DNA of 64,000 nt from a virus, in IMG/VR virus record IMGVR_UViG_3300032282_001282, positions 22,284-86,283 of that record, one strand, 5' to 3'. Below, in pieces: positions 47,861-55,562 of the stretch. The translations under genes were made by a program, and so were the position numbers. Under the pieces are notes generated by a model. It did not search any database and was not told where the DNA came from. It worked only from the letters and a program-made list of their open reading frames with translations. Position 1 is the stretch's first letter; each line of letters begins with the position of its first letter.

Positions 47861-48546
47861 TATTTCCACTCTTTAATTTTGCTCATGCGTCCAGCCCAGG
47901 ACTTTAGAATTACAGTATTTTCATAGTTAGGATCAACTACCTTACGTAAATCTGTGCTTAGGCTAATGCGTAGGTCCGAGGATTTGTTTTGGTCTACGCC
48001 GTGTAGTACATAGCTAGGGAAAAATATTAGTCTACCTTCTACTGGTTTAAATCTACGCTCACGCACATAGGGACTGCCACTAACAGTATTGCGATCCCAA
48101 TTGATTGCTCCTGCTGTGTCATAGCATACTAAATCGCCACAGCCTTCTTTTGCTTGGATATAGTATGTAGCCGCAATGGCAGATTCTGTGTGTCCGTGTA
48201 CTTCCAATGATTCACCGGGCTCACGCACATTAACCCAGCCCATAAAATGCTCGCACCCTTTGAGGTTAAGCAACCTAATCTCGGGTACTTCTCTAGTGAT
48301 TGTTTTAGTAACAATATCAACGATTTCTTGTTTAAGTATGTCTAAGTTAGGACGACTATAATCCCAAATACTATCACCGGGCTTACGGTCAAGGCCCAAT
48401 ACAATGTCTTTGCCTATACTGTATATTTCGTCAAGCAAGGCAGTATTGAACTCTTCATCAAATCGTGTTTGTACTTCCCATATTGGGCTTTTCCAAAATA
48501 AGTTTTGTGCGTTTTGATACCAGTGGTATCTTTCTTTATCGTCCAT
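47860..48546 (-). CDS. putative 2OG-Fe(II) oxygenase (TIGR02466-like)
   Basis: WVNV; H.H; YY; P.EG.LIFFPSY.LH.V..N.S...RISLS. Confidence 0.8.
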   Translation of the reverse strand: MDDKERYHWYQNAQNLFWKSPIWEVQTRFDEEFNTALLDEIYSIGKDIVLGLDRKPGDSIWDYSRPNLDILKQEIVDIVTKTITREVPEIRLLNLKGCEHFMGWVNVREPGESLEVHGHTESAIAATYYIQAKEGCGDLVCYDTAGAINWDRNTVSGSPYVRERRFKPVEGRLIFFPSYVLHGVDQNKSSDLRISLSTDLRKVVDPNYENTVILKSWAGRMSKIKEWK

Positions 48547-48547
48547 A

Positions 48548-49150
48548 CTATCTGTCCACTATTAAATTTAATTGTTTAAATTTGTCTACTACTGTTTCCC
48601 ATTTAGGCATATCAGGCAAGCGTGGGCCTAACCATGCTCGTACACTAATTGCCCAACGACCTTCACTACCACATTCAATGGCGTGTGGTTTGTCTGTACG
48701 ACACAATACCATTCCCGAGTTTATTTGTTTTCTATCTATTTCAACTAGCTGTCTAGTATCCCACTCGCGATAGCCGTAGTCGTTAAGGTCGGGATGATAT
48801 TCATCAACATCTTTGCCGGGATCATCATACCATGTCATGTAGGATGTTGTATTATTAAATGTCCAGTTCATTGCCCACGTTGTAGTACCAATGGAATCTA
48901 TATCCCAATGGGCTCTGTTGGATTTTAAATACGGTGCTTTGTAAAACAACATGATCAACCCTTTGAGATAAATTCCTTTATCTTCAAATTGGTCAATCCA
49001 CTCTTGTTTGAAAATTTGGTCGGCTGAATAACGCCAACTCTTTTGAACTAACGGTTCTGGGGGAAATTTAAAATCGTCAAGTAATGCGTGTTCTGAGTTA
49101 GCATTAATATCGTACCAGGAGTAATTTAATTCCCTTGTTGACTTTTCCAT
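48548..49150 (-). CDS. 2OG-Fe(II) oxygenase-like protein
   Basis: AHWD; AMNW; RTDKPHAI; RWAISVR. Confidence 0.65.
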   Translation of the reverse strand: MEKSTRELNYSWYDINANSEHALLDDFKFPPEPLVQKSWRYSADQIFKQEWIDQFEDKGIYLKGLIMLFYKAPYLKSNRAHWDIDSIGTTTWAMNWTFNNTTSYMTWYDDPGKDVDEYHPDLNDYGYREWDTRQLVEIDRKQINSGMVLCRTDKPHAIECGSEGRWAISVRAWLGPRLPDMPKWETVVDKFKQLNLIVDR

Positions 49151-49461
49151 TCATTGTATTGTTGTAATAGAGCATTTGACTCTGTATCTTTTTCAACCCA
49201 AGGTAAACCATCATCTTGTCCCTCGGATGCAGATTTAAGCAATGCAGTCTGCCCAAGCAACATACGTGCTTCAGGCGGAATAATTGCTTCAACAATATCA
49301 TGATATTCAGTCATCATTTGAAAGTATCTGGCTTTGTCTGTTTCGCTCAAGGCCATAATACGTTGATACATTTGATTGTTGAAAAAGTCGTGCAGGTGAT
49401 CTTTGTTGTAAACTACAACTTCACCGTTTTCGTTTGTAATTGTAATATTCTCTTCGCTCAT
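49126..49461 (-). CDS. hypothetical protein
   Basis: Coupled to the Cys-rich gene. Confidence 0.55.
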   Translation of the reverse strand: MSEENITITNENGEVVVYNKDHLHDFFNNQMYQRIMALSETDKARYFQMMTEYHDIVEAIIPPEARMLLGQTALLKSASEGQDDGLPWVEKDTESNALLQQYNEWKSQQGN

Positions 49462-50333
49462 GCTGTTACACCTTTAAATTTTAATGTTTCAAATAGTTGA
49501 CCAACAGCAACGATACCTCTGAATGCAACAAATACAGCTACCAATGAAATGCCTTTGATAAACCCGGCTGGCTTAGTACTAGGACCAACTAAACGTTGCC
49601 ATAGTCCAACTGCTTTACAAATAGGTATGCCAGCGGCAGTTAACATTTTACCTGTAATAGATCCTTGGTCAGTTTTGCCCATACTATAGGCCATTTCTTC
49701 TGCCCACGGTGTAGCAATATCCTTGGCCCAAGCAATAGCCCAATCTTTAAGAATTTGTTGACTACGAGATTCTGGCAACCACGGTAAGATATTAGGACCA
49801 CTGCCATCCATCCAGTCAACTACAATTTCAGCCCAAGCACGATATCCGTTGTAGATATCCGGGCGTTCTTTAATTAGTTTAGCACCAAACTCTTGATCAG
49901 CTAAGAAGATTTCAGTTGGTAGTAGTCCAAGACTGTGTAGTTTTGTACAGATAATCTTAGAGCAGTTACAATCGTGTGTAAAGCAATTTACTGTATCGCA
50001 GTTGTAAGTACAAGCACAATTACAGTTTGCCTGTAGCCAGTTTTGAGCATCGCAGTTGGCGCAATTAATCGCTGTACAATTTGCTGTGTTACAGTTACAT
50101 TGGCCGCAGTTACAATTACCGTATGCGCCGTTATTGCCGTTATTGCAATTGCCTTGGTTGTTATTTTTAAAGTATGTTAGGCCGTAGAACGAACCCATGT
50201 TTGGACTTGTAGGTCTGATATTTGACTTAATCAGTCCGTTGAGAAAGTTTAAATCTGCAGAATAGTTTGCGGCCTGTCCAATTTCTTGGTTAACGTCGCT
50301 GACTGCAATTTGTCCAGATGTTTGTAGCGTCAC
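49458..50333 (-). CDS. Asn-Cys-repeat protein with virion-like N-terminus and C-terminal KIICT domain; candidate modification substrate
   Basis: MTLQTSGQIAVSDVNQEIG N-terminus; 15 Cys in residues 63-124; KIICTKL...ADQEFG...YNGY..WA domain; hydrophobic tail. Confidence 0.7.
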   Translation of the reverse strand: MTLQTSGQIAVSDVNQEIGQAANYSADLNFLNGLIKSNIRPTSPNMGSFYGLTYFKNNNQGNCNNGNNGAYGNCNCGQCNCNTANCTAINCANCDAQNWLQANCNCACTYNCDTVNCFTHDCNCSKIICTKLHSLGLLPTEIFLADQEFGAKLIKERPDIYNGYRAWAEIVVDWMDGSGPNILPWLPESRSQQILKDWAIAWAKDIATPWAEEMAYSMGKTDQGSITGKMLTAAGIPICKAVGLWQRLVGPSTKPAGFIKGISLVAVFVAFRGIVAVGQLFETLKFKGVTA

Positions 50334-50353
50334 ACTTGCCCCTTTTCTTATAT

Positions 50354-51808
50354 TTATGCATCAGCAAGCTGTGATTTACCGTAGACTGTAACCCCGTCAA
50401 TTTCGCCTATTGTTTCGTGTACTACTTTAATTGGAATAATGCGTTTTGTTGGTTCTTCTTTGTGTTCAAAAATAGTACCAAATATGTCTTGACGATCTAT
50501 GGGCAATGTATCGCTCTTAATTAATGTAGGGATATAACCCCCAGTAACTTCAGCAATAGCTAAAGCAAACATGGCCACGTTGTCGGAGTAGGCATTGGCA
50601 CAACTGATATCCCAGAACTTTTTGTCCAGGAACATACAAGCACCTTTACATAAATGTAGCACAGGACACTCAGGGCATTCTTTACGCTTAGACCAATGTG
50701 TTACTGATGTAAGTTTAACTTCATCAAATTTATCTAGTGTACCGCCTAGGTGTGGCTCACCATTCTTAGACATTTCTAACGCACTTACGTTTTGGCAAGT
50801 TAATACATTGCCTCGCAAGTCTACAGCAATGGTATTCTCATCATCCATACCGCATTTTTGTCCTACAAATTTAGCATCAACACGGTTCAGTAAGTTCTGT
50901 GCAAAGCCACCAATCTTTTGAATTTGGCCTAGGAAACCAATCTTACCATCTGTAGTCCAGATGTCGGCAAATGCTTGACGTCTAAATTCAAAGTGATCTT
51001 GTTTAGTTATTAAGCTGTTAACAATACCTTCTTCGTCATAGGCATCGACAATACCGCCTTCGCCTAACTGTACATTTTCATCACCAGTTAGATCAACAAA
51101 CCAATCGTAAATTTCTTTGCGTGATCTGTTCTTGCTGTTAAGCATAGCATTGAAACTAAATCCTTGTTTCAATCGGGTCATCATACGATAAAACCCAAGT
51201 ATACGTTCTTTTTGTTCTGGATCATCAAAAGGATCTGGTCCTCGCACACTTTGTCCCGGACCGTCATGACTAATAGCAACAGTGAAGTTATACTGCATTA
51301 ACCAATCAATCATTTCGTCTGTTAGAATTGATCCGTTGGTAATAACACTAAACCTAGGTTTTGTTTTCCAGTGGCTAAATTTTTTATAAATTGTTTCAGC
51401 CAGTGGCTTCATTGTTTTCCAATAAACAAATGGCTCGCCGCCACAGAACTCTACCTTGAGTCCTCGCTGTTCATCGAAGTTTAAATTTTCTAGTTTTTGC
51501 ATGAAAGCATCAATGTCTTTCATGTTAGTTTCTGGTGCCCGCTCAACAAACTTTTGTGAGCAATAGTCACAAGAATAGTTACAGCTCAAACCCATTTGGA
51601 TTTTAAGATGTGTAATGTCTCGAGATTTTAACATCGGTGTGTCGATGTCAAATGATGTATATGGTGTGAATGAGTCGGTTAAATTTTTATCGGCGTTGCC
51701 AAATTCAAATACAGTACCATCGCTTGTGGTTAATGTATTAGACATATTGTCGTAGTAAAAGACAGCTTTATCCGTGGAGCTTTTTTCTCCGTGTATTTCA
51801 AAAATCAT
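50354..51808 (-). CDS. radical SAM/SPASM-domain enzyme
   Basis: CNYSCDYC; GGEP; ITNGS; ISHDGP; CG...VDLRGNVLTC; CPECPVLHLCKGAC...C. Confidence 0.9.
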   Translation of the reverse strand: MIFEIHGEKSSTDKAVFYYDNMSNTLTTSDGTVFEFGNADKNLTDSFTPYTSFDIDTPMLKSRDITHLKIQMGLSCNYSCDYCSQKFVERAPETNMKDIDAFMQKLENLNFDEQRGLKVEFCGGEPFVYWKTMKPLAETIYKKFSHWKTKPRFSVITNGSILTDEMIDWLMQYNFTVAISHDGPGQSVRGPDPFDDPEQKERILGFYRMMTRLKQGFSFNAMLNSKNRSRKEIYDWFVDLTGDENVQLGEGGIVDAYDEEGIVNSLITKQDHFEFRRQAFADIWTTDGKIGFLGQIQKIGGFAQNLLNRVDAKFVGQKCGMDDENTIAVDLRGNVLTCQNVSALEMSKNGEPHLGGTLDKFDEVKLTSVTHWSKRKECPECPVLHLCKGACMFLDKKFWDISCANAYSDNVAMFALAIAEVTGGYIPTLIKSDTLPIDRQDIFGTIFEHKEEPTKRIIPIKVVHETIGEIDGVTVYGKSQLADA

Positions 51809-51826
51809 TATGTTTCCTAATGTGGT

Positions 51827-51916
51827 TTACTTGTCAAACCAGTCTTTGGCTTCTATCATCAGATAGACTACCACGGAACCTATAACGAGAATACTTAACC
51901 ATCCGAAGAAAGACAT
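51827..51916 (-). CDS. 29-aa single-TM peptide
   Basis: MSFFGWLSILVIGSVVVYLMIEAKDWFDK; start overlaps the upstream stop (TAATG). Confidence 0.45.
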   Translation of the reverse strand: MSFFGWLSILVIGSVVVYLMIEAKDWFDK

Positions 51917-52107
51917 TAATTATAACCTTTTACTACATTGTTATCTATTTTTGGATTACCGCGACCGGCGGCACGTTGATGTGCTTGTCGCTTTTCTTGA
52001 TCTTGTATCTCTCTATTACGTTCTGGTGGTAATGGACCACAGCCTAGTCTATCCCACTCTTGTTCGGAGTAGTAATATCCTTCTACGGGCTTCTTCTTGT
52101 GTTCCAT
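51916..52107 (-). CDS. small hypothetical protein
   Basis: Probable start MEHKKKP after a CTAAATA motif. Confidence 0.5.
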   Translation of the reverse strand: MEHKKKPVEGYYYSEQEWDRLGCGPLPPERNREIQDQEKRQAHQRAAGRGNPKIDNNVVKGYN

Positions 52108-52119
52108 AGTAATAGTATT

Positions 52120-52640
52120 TAGTATGCTCTGCGAACCCCGGTGGTAATTATACCGCATCAGAAATTTGGTCAGGTTACCCCAATTAGTCTTTCATCACAC
52201 ACGGCTTCCACCCACTTCCCGACGGGTTCCGTTCTCGCATTGCCAGCGGCCTTTCGGTTTAAAGACTACCACCCACGGGGCACGACCACCGTTTCTCCTT
52301 CATGCGGGTCACACTAGCCCAGCGTTACCCGGGCGGGTCCTTTACAACGTATTCGTCGTGGGTGGTTTTGGGAAGTGACACCACGATTCACTTGCGGGTT
52401 TTGTAGAGAGTTTTTCAAGTGAGCGTTACCGCCTCTACAGGAACGCACTTGTCCCTTCTCACTTAATATTTACAGCAATATTGGAAAATGTTTGAGTGCC
52501 AATTTATGCGTCGGGTGCTTCCCGGCAACAGCGTATGGCTAGTTATATCAGGACCTGTTCCACGCCAGTTAGGCCCGTATAGTCAGTACGTCTACTAACG
52601 ATACCTATGTTTCCATCTCAAACACTTACCAATATTGCCG
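52120..52640 (-). ncRNA. candidate large structured non-coding RNA(s)
   Basis: GC-rich intergenic stretch with no credible ORF; many hairpins; 22-bp closing stem at 52475..52638. Confidence 0.55.
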
Positions 52641-52665
52641 GGGGTTTTACCCCCCAGCAACATTA

Positions 52666-53004
52666 TTACTCAGCAACTTCTTCTTTAGAAGACTTAGTAG
52701 CACGAGCTTTAATAGCCTCAAGCGAAGGCTTAACCTTAGCACCTTTAGCTTTAACAACTCCCACGCCGTTGTACTTGGCGTCAGCCGCATCAATTGCGGC
52801 ACGGAAATTGGCATTAGCATACAAGTCAGTGGACTTCAAGAAAGTCACCAACTCAGGCTTAGTCATTGCACTAGGCAATTCCACAAGATTGATATCGCTA
52901 TCAGTCTTAGCCAAGATTTTGACACGAGTCATGTCAGATGCAAAACGCACCTTGTATTGACCTTTAGTCTTAGAAACACCACCAACTTTAAATTGCTTAT
53001 CCAT
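52666..53004 (-). CDS. hypothetical protein with basic Lys/Ala-rich tail
   Basis: KVRFA.D..R.K.L.K....DI.L.ELP..MTK; sigma70 promoter at 53067..53095. Confidence 0.65.
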   Translation of the reverse strand: MDKQFKVGGVSKTKGQYKVRFASDMTRVKILAKTDSDINLVELPSAMTKPELVTFLKSTDLYANANFRAAIDAADAKYNGVGVVKAKGAKVKPSLEAIKARATKSSKEEVAE

Positions 53005-53128
53005 TTTAAAACACTCCGTTTAGTTAAGTTACAAATTTATGCTGGACACACTCCAACATATTTCATATTATAGATTAATTCAAATTAACGGTCAACCTAA
53101 ATATGAAACTCTTTTGCCAAAAATTGGC

Positions 53129-53290
53129 TTAATCCTTTTTACCACTCATCTTGTCTTTGGTCCATTCGGCCGCACCTGTGATGTCCTTACCGGCACCGGC
53201 TACAGTACTGCAACCAGACAGCAACACACACGAAACGGCTAGACCGATAACAGCAACTTTGATCCCAACCATAATGAGTATATCTTTCAT
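53129..53290 (-). CDS. entericidin EcnA/B-like lipoprotein (53 aa)
   Basis: Not in the ORF track. ...VLLSGC lipobox, then STVAGAGKDITGAAEWTKDKM. Confidence 0.7.
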   Translation of the reverse strand: MKDILIMVGIKVAVIGLAVSCVLLSGCSTVAGAGKDITGAAEWTKDKMSGKKD

Positions 53291-53415
53291 TTTGCGGCTT
53301 CCTTAGCAACTTCTTGAACCTTAGTGACACCGTGATCCAACATCCGAGCAATGCCCGTTAGACCAACAGTACACAATGCAATACCAAAAACAGTTCCAAT
53401 GATAAAGCCTCTCAT
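53287..53415 (-). CDS. small membrane protein (42 aa)
   Basis: MRGFIIGTVFGIALCTVGLTGIARMLDHGVTKVQEVAKEAAK; ATGA overlap with the next gene. Confidence 0.55.
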   Translation of the reverse strand: MRGFIIGTVFGIALCTVGLTGIARMLDHGVTKVQEVAKEAAK

Positions 53416-53417
53416 GA

Positions 53418-53612
53418 TTAACCCTTCCGTGTCACGGTAGTTTTAAACAAGCCGCCAATGCAAAGAGCGGCAACCCAAGTTTCAATCGTATACGGTATTA
53501 CCAAGACAGGGAATAGCGTATTCAGTGACCAAATAGTAATAAACGGTCCTGCAATAATCAGAAACACTACAAAAATTGCTACCAAAATGGTAGTAGAAAA
53601 ACCATTAAACAT
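53418..53612 (-). CDS. small membrane protein
   Basis: Two hydrophobic segments. Confidence 0.6.
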   Translation of the reverse strand: MFNGFSTTILVAIFVVFLIIAGPFITIWSLNTLFPVLVIPYTIETWVAALCIGGLFKTTVTRKG

Positions 53613-53896
53613 TATACAGCCTCCAACATGTTAGCGGGCACTCGGTAAATACCGACGTGGGTGCGGACATTGACGTATTTGATAGCAATCTTTTCGACTG
53701 TACCAGTATACACCATTCCGTTACGGTTGCTGGTAAACTTAACAGTATCACCTTTAGCAAACGAACGAATCTTTTGTTTAGTCATCTGAGTACGAGCAAA
53801 TTGCACGGCACTGATGATGCTAGACAACTCTGTGTTAGTAAACTCACCAAACATGATAGATTGGTTGATTTGTTGAATAGTACTGAGACGTTCCAT
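53612..53896 (-). CDS. hypothetical protein with SH3/KOW-like C-terminus
   Basis: GDTVKF...GTVEKIA.K.V.V....YRVPANML. Confidence 0.6.
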   Translation of the reverse strand: MERLSTIQQINQSIMFGEFTNTELSSIISAVQFARTQMTKQKIRSFAKGDTVKFTSNRNGMVYTGTVEKIAIKYVNVRTHVGIYRVPANMLEAV

Positions 53897-53905
53897 AATA
53901 TCCCC

Positions 53906-54130
53906 TTAAACGTAAAAATCTGACTTAAAACTGCAGGCGTCGTAAACAATTTCACGAACCATAGTATCCATCACTTCGCCATACTGGTCCGGATCGGAGT
54001 CAGCTAGTACCTGCATCATTTTATATGTGTCAGGCCAATTTAACTTTGCAGTCTTGGCAAGTGCTACCAATTGGCCAACTGCCTCGTTGCCACGATCTGT
54101 AAACATACCAAAACTTTTAACTGCATTCAT
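53906..54130 (-). CDS. hypothetical protein
   Basis: SD AGGAG and early promoter upstream. Confidence 0.6.
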   Translation of the reverse strand: MNAVKSFGMFTDRGNEAVGQLVALAKTAKLNWPDTYKMMQVLADSDPDQYGEVMDTMVREIVYDACSFKSDFYV

Positions 54131-54160
54131 CGCAAACTCCTTTTTACTTACTATGCCACA

Positions 54161-54189
54161 ATTATAGCATTATGGGAATTATGGGTCAA
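54161..54189 (-). promoter_or_regulatory. early promoter, consensus copy
   Basis: TTGACC-CATAATTCCCATAATGC-TATAAT. Confidence 0.8.
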
Positions 54190-54193
54190 CCAC

Positions 54194-54508
54194 TTAATGT
54201 GTATTAAGGGCTGGTTGATACTGACGAATCAGCTCACGCTCGCGGGCATGGGCCGGCTTGCGTCCACGTACAATTTCGAGCAAGCCATAAACATGGTTTT
54301 CGGGACCATATTCACGAATACTGTGGCATAAATCCCACACTTTGTTTTCAGTTAATGCACGGCGAACGTGCTTCTGAATACGCACTTTTAGGGCTTTACG
54401 AATTTGGTTGCCGCAAACGGTAATACCAATGTATTGCTCGCCGGTTACTGTATTTGTAATACAGTAGACAGCGTGTTTTGTATCTTGTCTGCGTTTTCTT
54501 TTTACCAT
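54194..54508 (-). CDS. GIY-YIG nuclease-family protein
   Basis: AVYCITN..TGEQYIG.T; R..H; E...I......LN. Confidence 0.8.
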   Translation of the reverse strand: MVKRKRRQDTKHAVYCITNTVTGEQYIGITVCGNQIRKALKVRIQKHVRRALTENKVWDLCHSIREYGPENHVYGLLEIVRGRKPAHARERELIRQYQPALNTH

Positions 54509-54514
54509 ACCATA

Positions 54515-54543
54515 ATTATAGCATTATGGGAATTATGGGTCAA
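54515..54543 (-). promoter_or_regulatory. early promoter, identical to 54161..54189
   Basis: TTGACC-CATAATTCCCATAATGC-TATAAT. Confidence 0.8.
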
Positions 54544-54549
54544 TCCGCT

Positions 54550-54571
54550 AAGTTAGTGCCCACTAACCAAG
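54550..54571. repeat. palindromic 22-bp element, inverted copy at 62938..62959
   Basis: AAGTTAGTGCCCACTAACCAAG; 21/22 identical to the reverse complement of 62938..62959. Confidence 0.7.
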
Positions 54572-54675
54572 GGAATTTACTATAAATATTATGGGAATTA
54601 TAAGTCAACCGTAATTTTGGTTTTTTTGCAACATTTAGCCCCGAGCATAAATACATTATCACAAGGAATTTTCAA

Positions 54676-55290
54676 ATGGCAATAGTAGAAACAAAAACTA
54701 AAACAAGACCCAACGCAAGTGTTGAGTTTTTTAGAAATGCTAGTCCAGCGGTAGCGGCTACACAAGCGGTCACGGCTCCACTAAAGTCTGCAGGGAAAAT
54801 TGTAGTAGAGTACACATACCCTGACACTTTTGCAAACCTACACCAAACTGAAACTATAACTATCGACAGTCTAGAAACATTTGGACTAATGGATACTGCA
54901 AAAACTATTGAGTTTGATAAAGCATTTATTGACTACTACGACACACACGAATTTGAACATTACTTTGTAAACGCAGTCGGTACAGGCGATAGATATACCT
55001 TAACCGGTATCCCAGATCCATTTTATTGTACAACCGTATATAATTTCCCGACAGAAAATGATGCTTACATTGCTATTATGGCACGTAGTTTAGAAATTGC
55101 GTATGATCACAAAGGCAAGTTAGTTGATACGATTGTTACAACAAACAGCATTACCGTGGTACATCAATACAACGATGATACAGATTTTAAAATCAACCAT
55201 TACAATGATTTGTTGGCCTATGTGCCACAATTGGCCACAAAAAATGCTACACGAACAATTACATATACTTCCGGAACTTATACAAAATAA
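54676..55290 (+). CDS. hypothetical protein
   Basis: CATAAATA late-type motif and SD AAGGA upstream. Confidence 0.6.
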   Translation: MAIVETKTKTRPNASVEFFRNASPAVAATQAVTAPLKSAGKIVVEYTYPDTFANLHQTETITIDSLETFGLMDTAKTIEFDKAFIDYYDTHEFEHYFVNAVGTGDRYTLTGIPDPFYCTTVYNFPTENDAYIAIMARSLEIAYDHKGKLVDTIVTTNSITVVHQYNDDTDFKINHYNDLLAYVPQLATKNATRTITYTSGTYTK

Positions 55291-55335
55291 TCACTCAGTG
55301 AGCTGGATAGAGTAAAACAACAATAACATATCAAT

Positions 55336-55360
55336 AAAAAACCCGCCTAGTGCGGGTTTT
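55336..55360. terminator. bidirectional terminator between convergent genes
   Basis: aaaaacccgc-ctagt-gcgggtttt. Confidence 0.75.
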
Positions 55361-55363
55361 GTT

Positions 55364-55561
55364 TTATTTCTTTTTGCCGGCTTTCATATTAGCACACCAG
55401 TGATACATCTTACCTCGTTCTCCGCCCTGTTTGGCTTTCTTACGTAATGATGTAACACTACCACTACAACTCGCACCAGCACGTTTTACACGACCCGGGC
55501 GGCTTTTGCCTTTTACCTTACCGTCGTGGAAGTTTTCTGTAACAAACTCTTTAGCTCGCAT
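55364..55561 (-). CDS. small basic protein with capsid-targeting-like N-terminus
   Basis: MRAKEFVTE, then a K/R-rich body. Confidence 0.6.
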   Translation of the reverse strand: MRAKEFVTENFHDGKVKGKSRPGRVKRAGASCSGSVTSLRKKAKQGGERGKMYHWCANMKAGKKK

Positions 55562-55562
55562 A

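Noticed and set aside
49940-49970. Intein/Hint junction at NC-SKIIC
   Set aside because: The downstream domain lacks recognisable Hint blocks (TxxH, terminal HN)
52166-52378. 70-aa plus-strand ORF
   Set aside because: No SD, atypical composition, lies antisense to a structured GC-rich region
54161-54608. CRISPR-like direct repeats
   Set aside because: The repeats are -35/-10 promoters separated by a whole gene or irregular gaps; no regular spacers or cas genes
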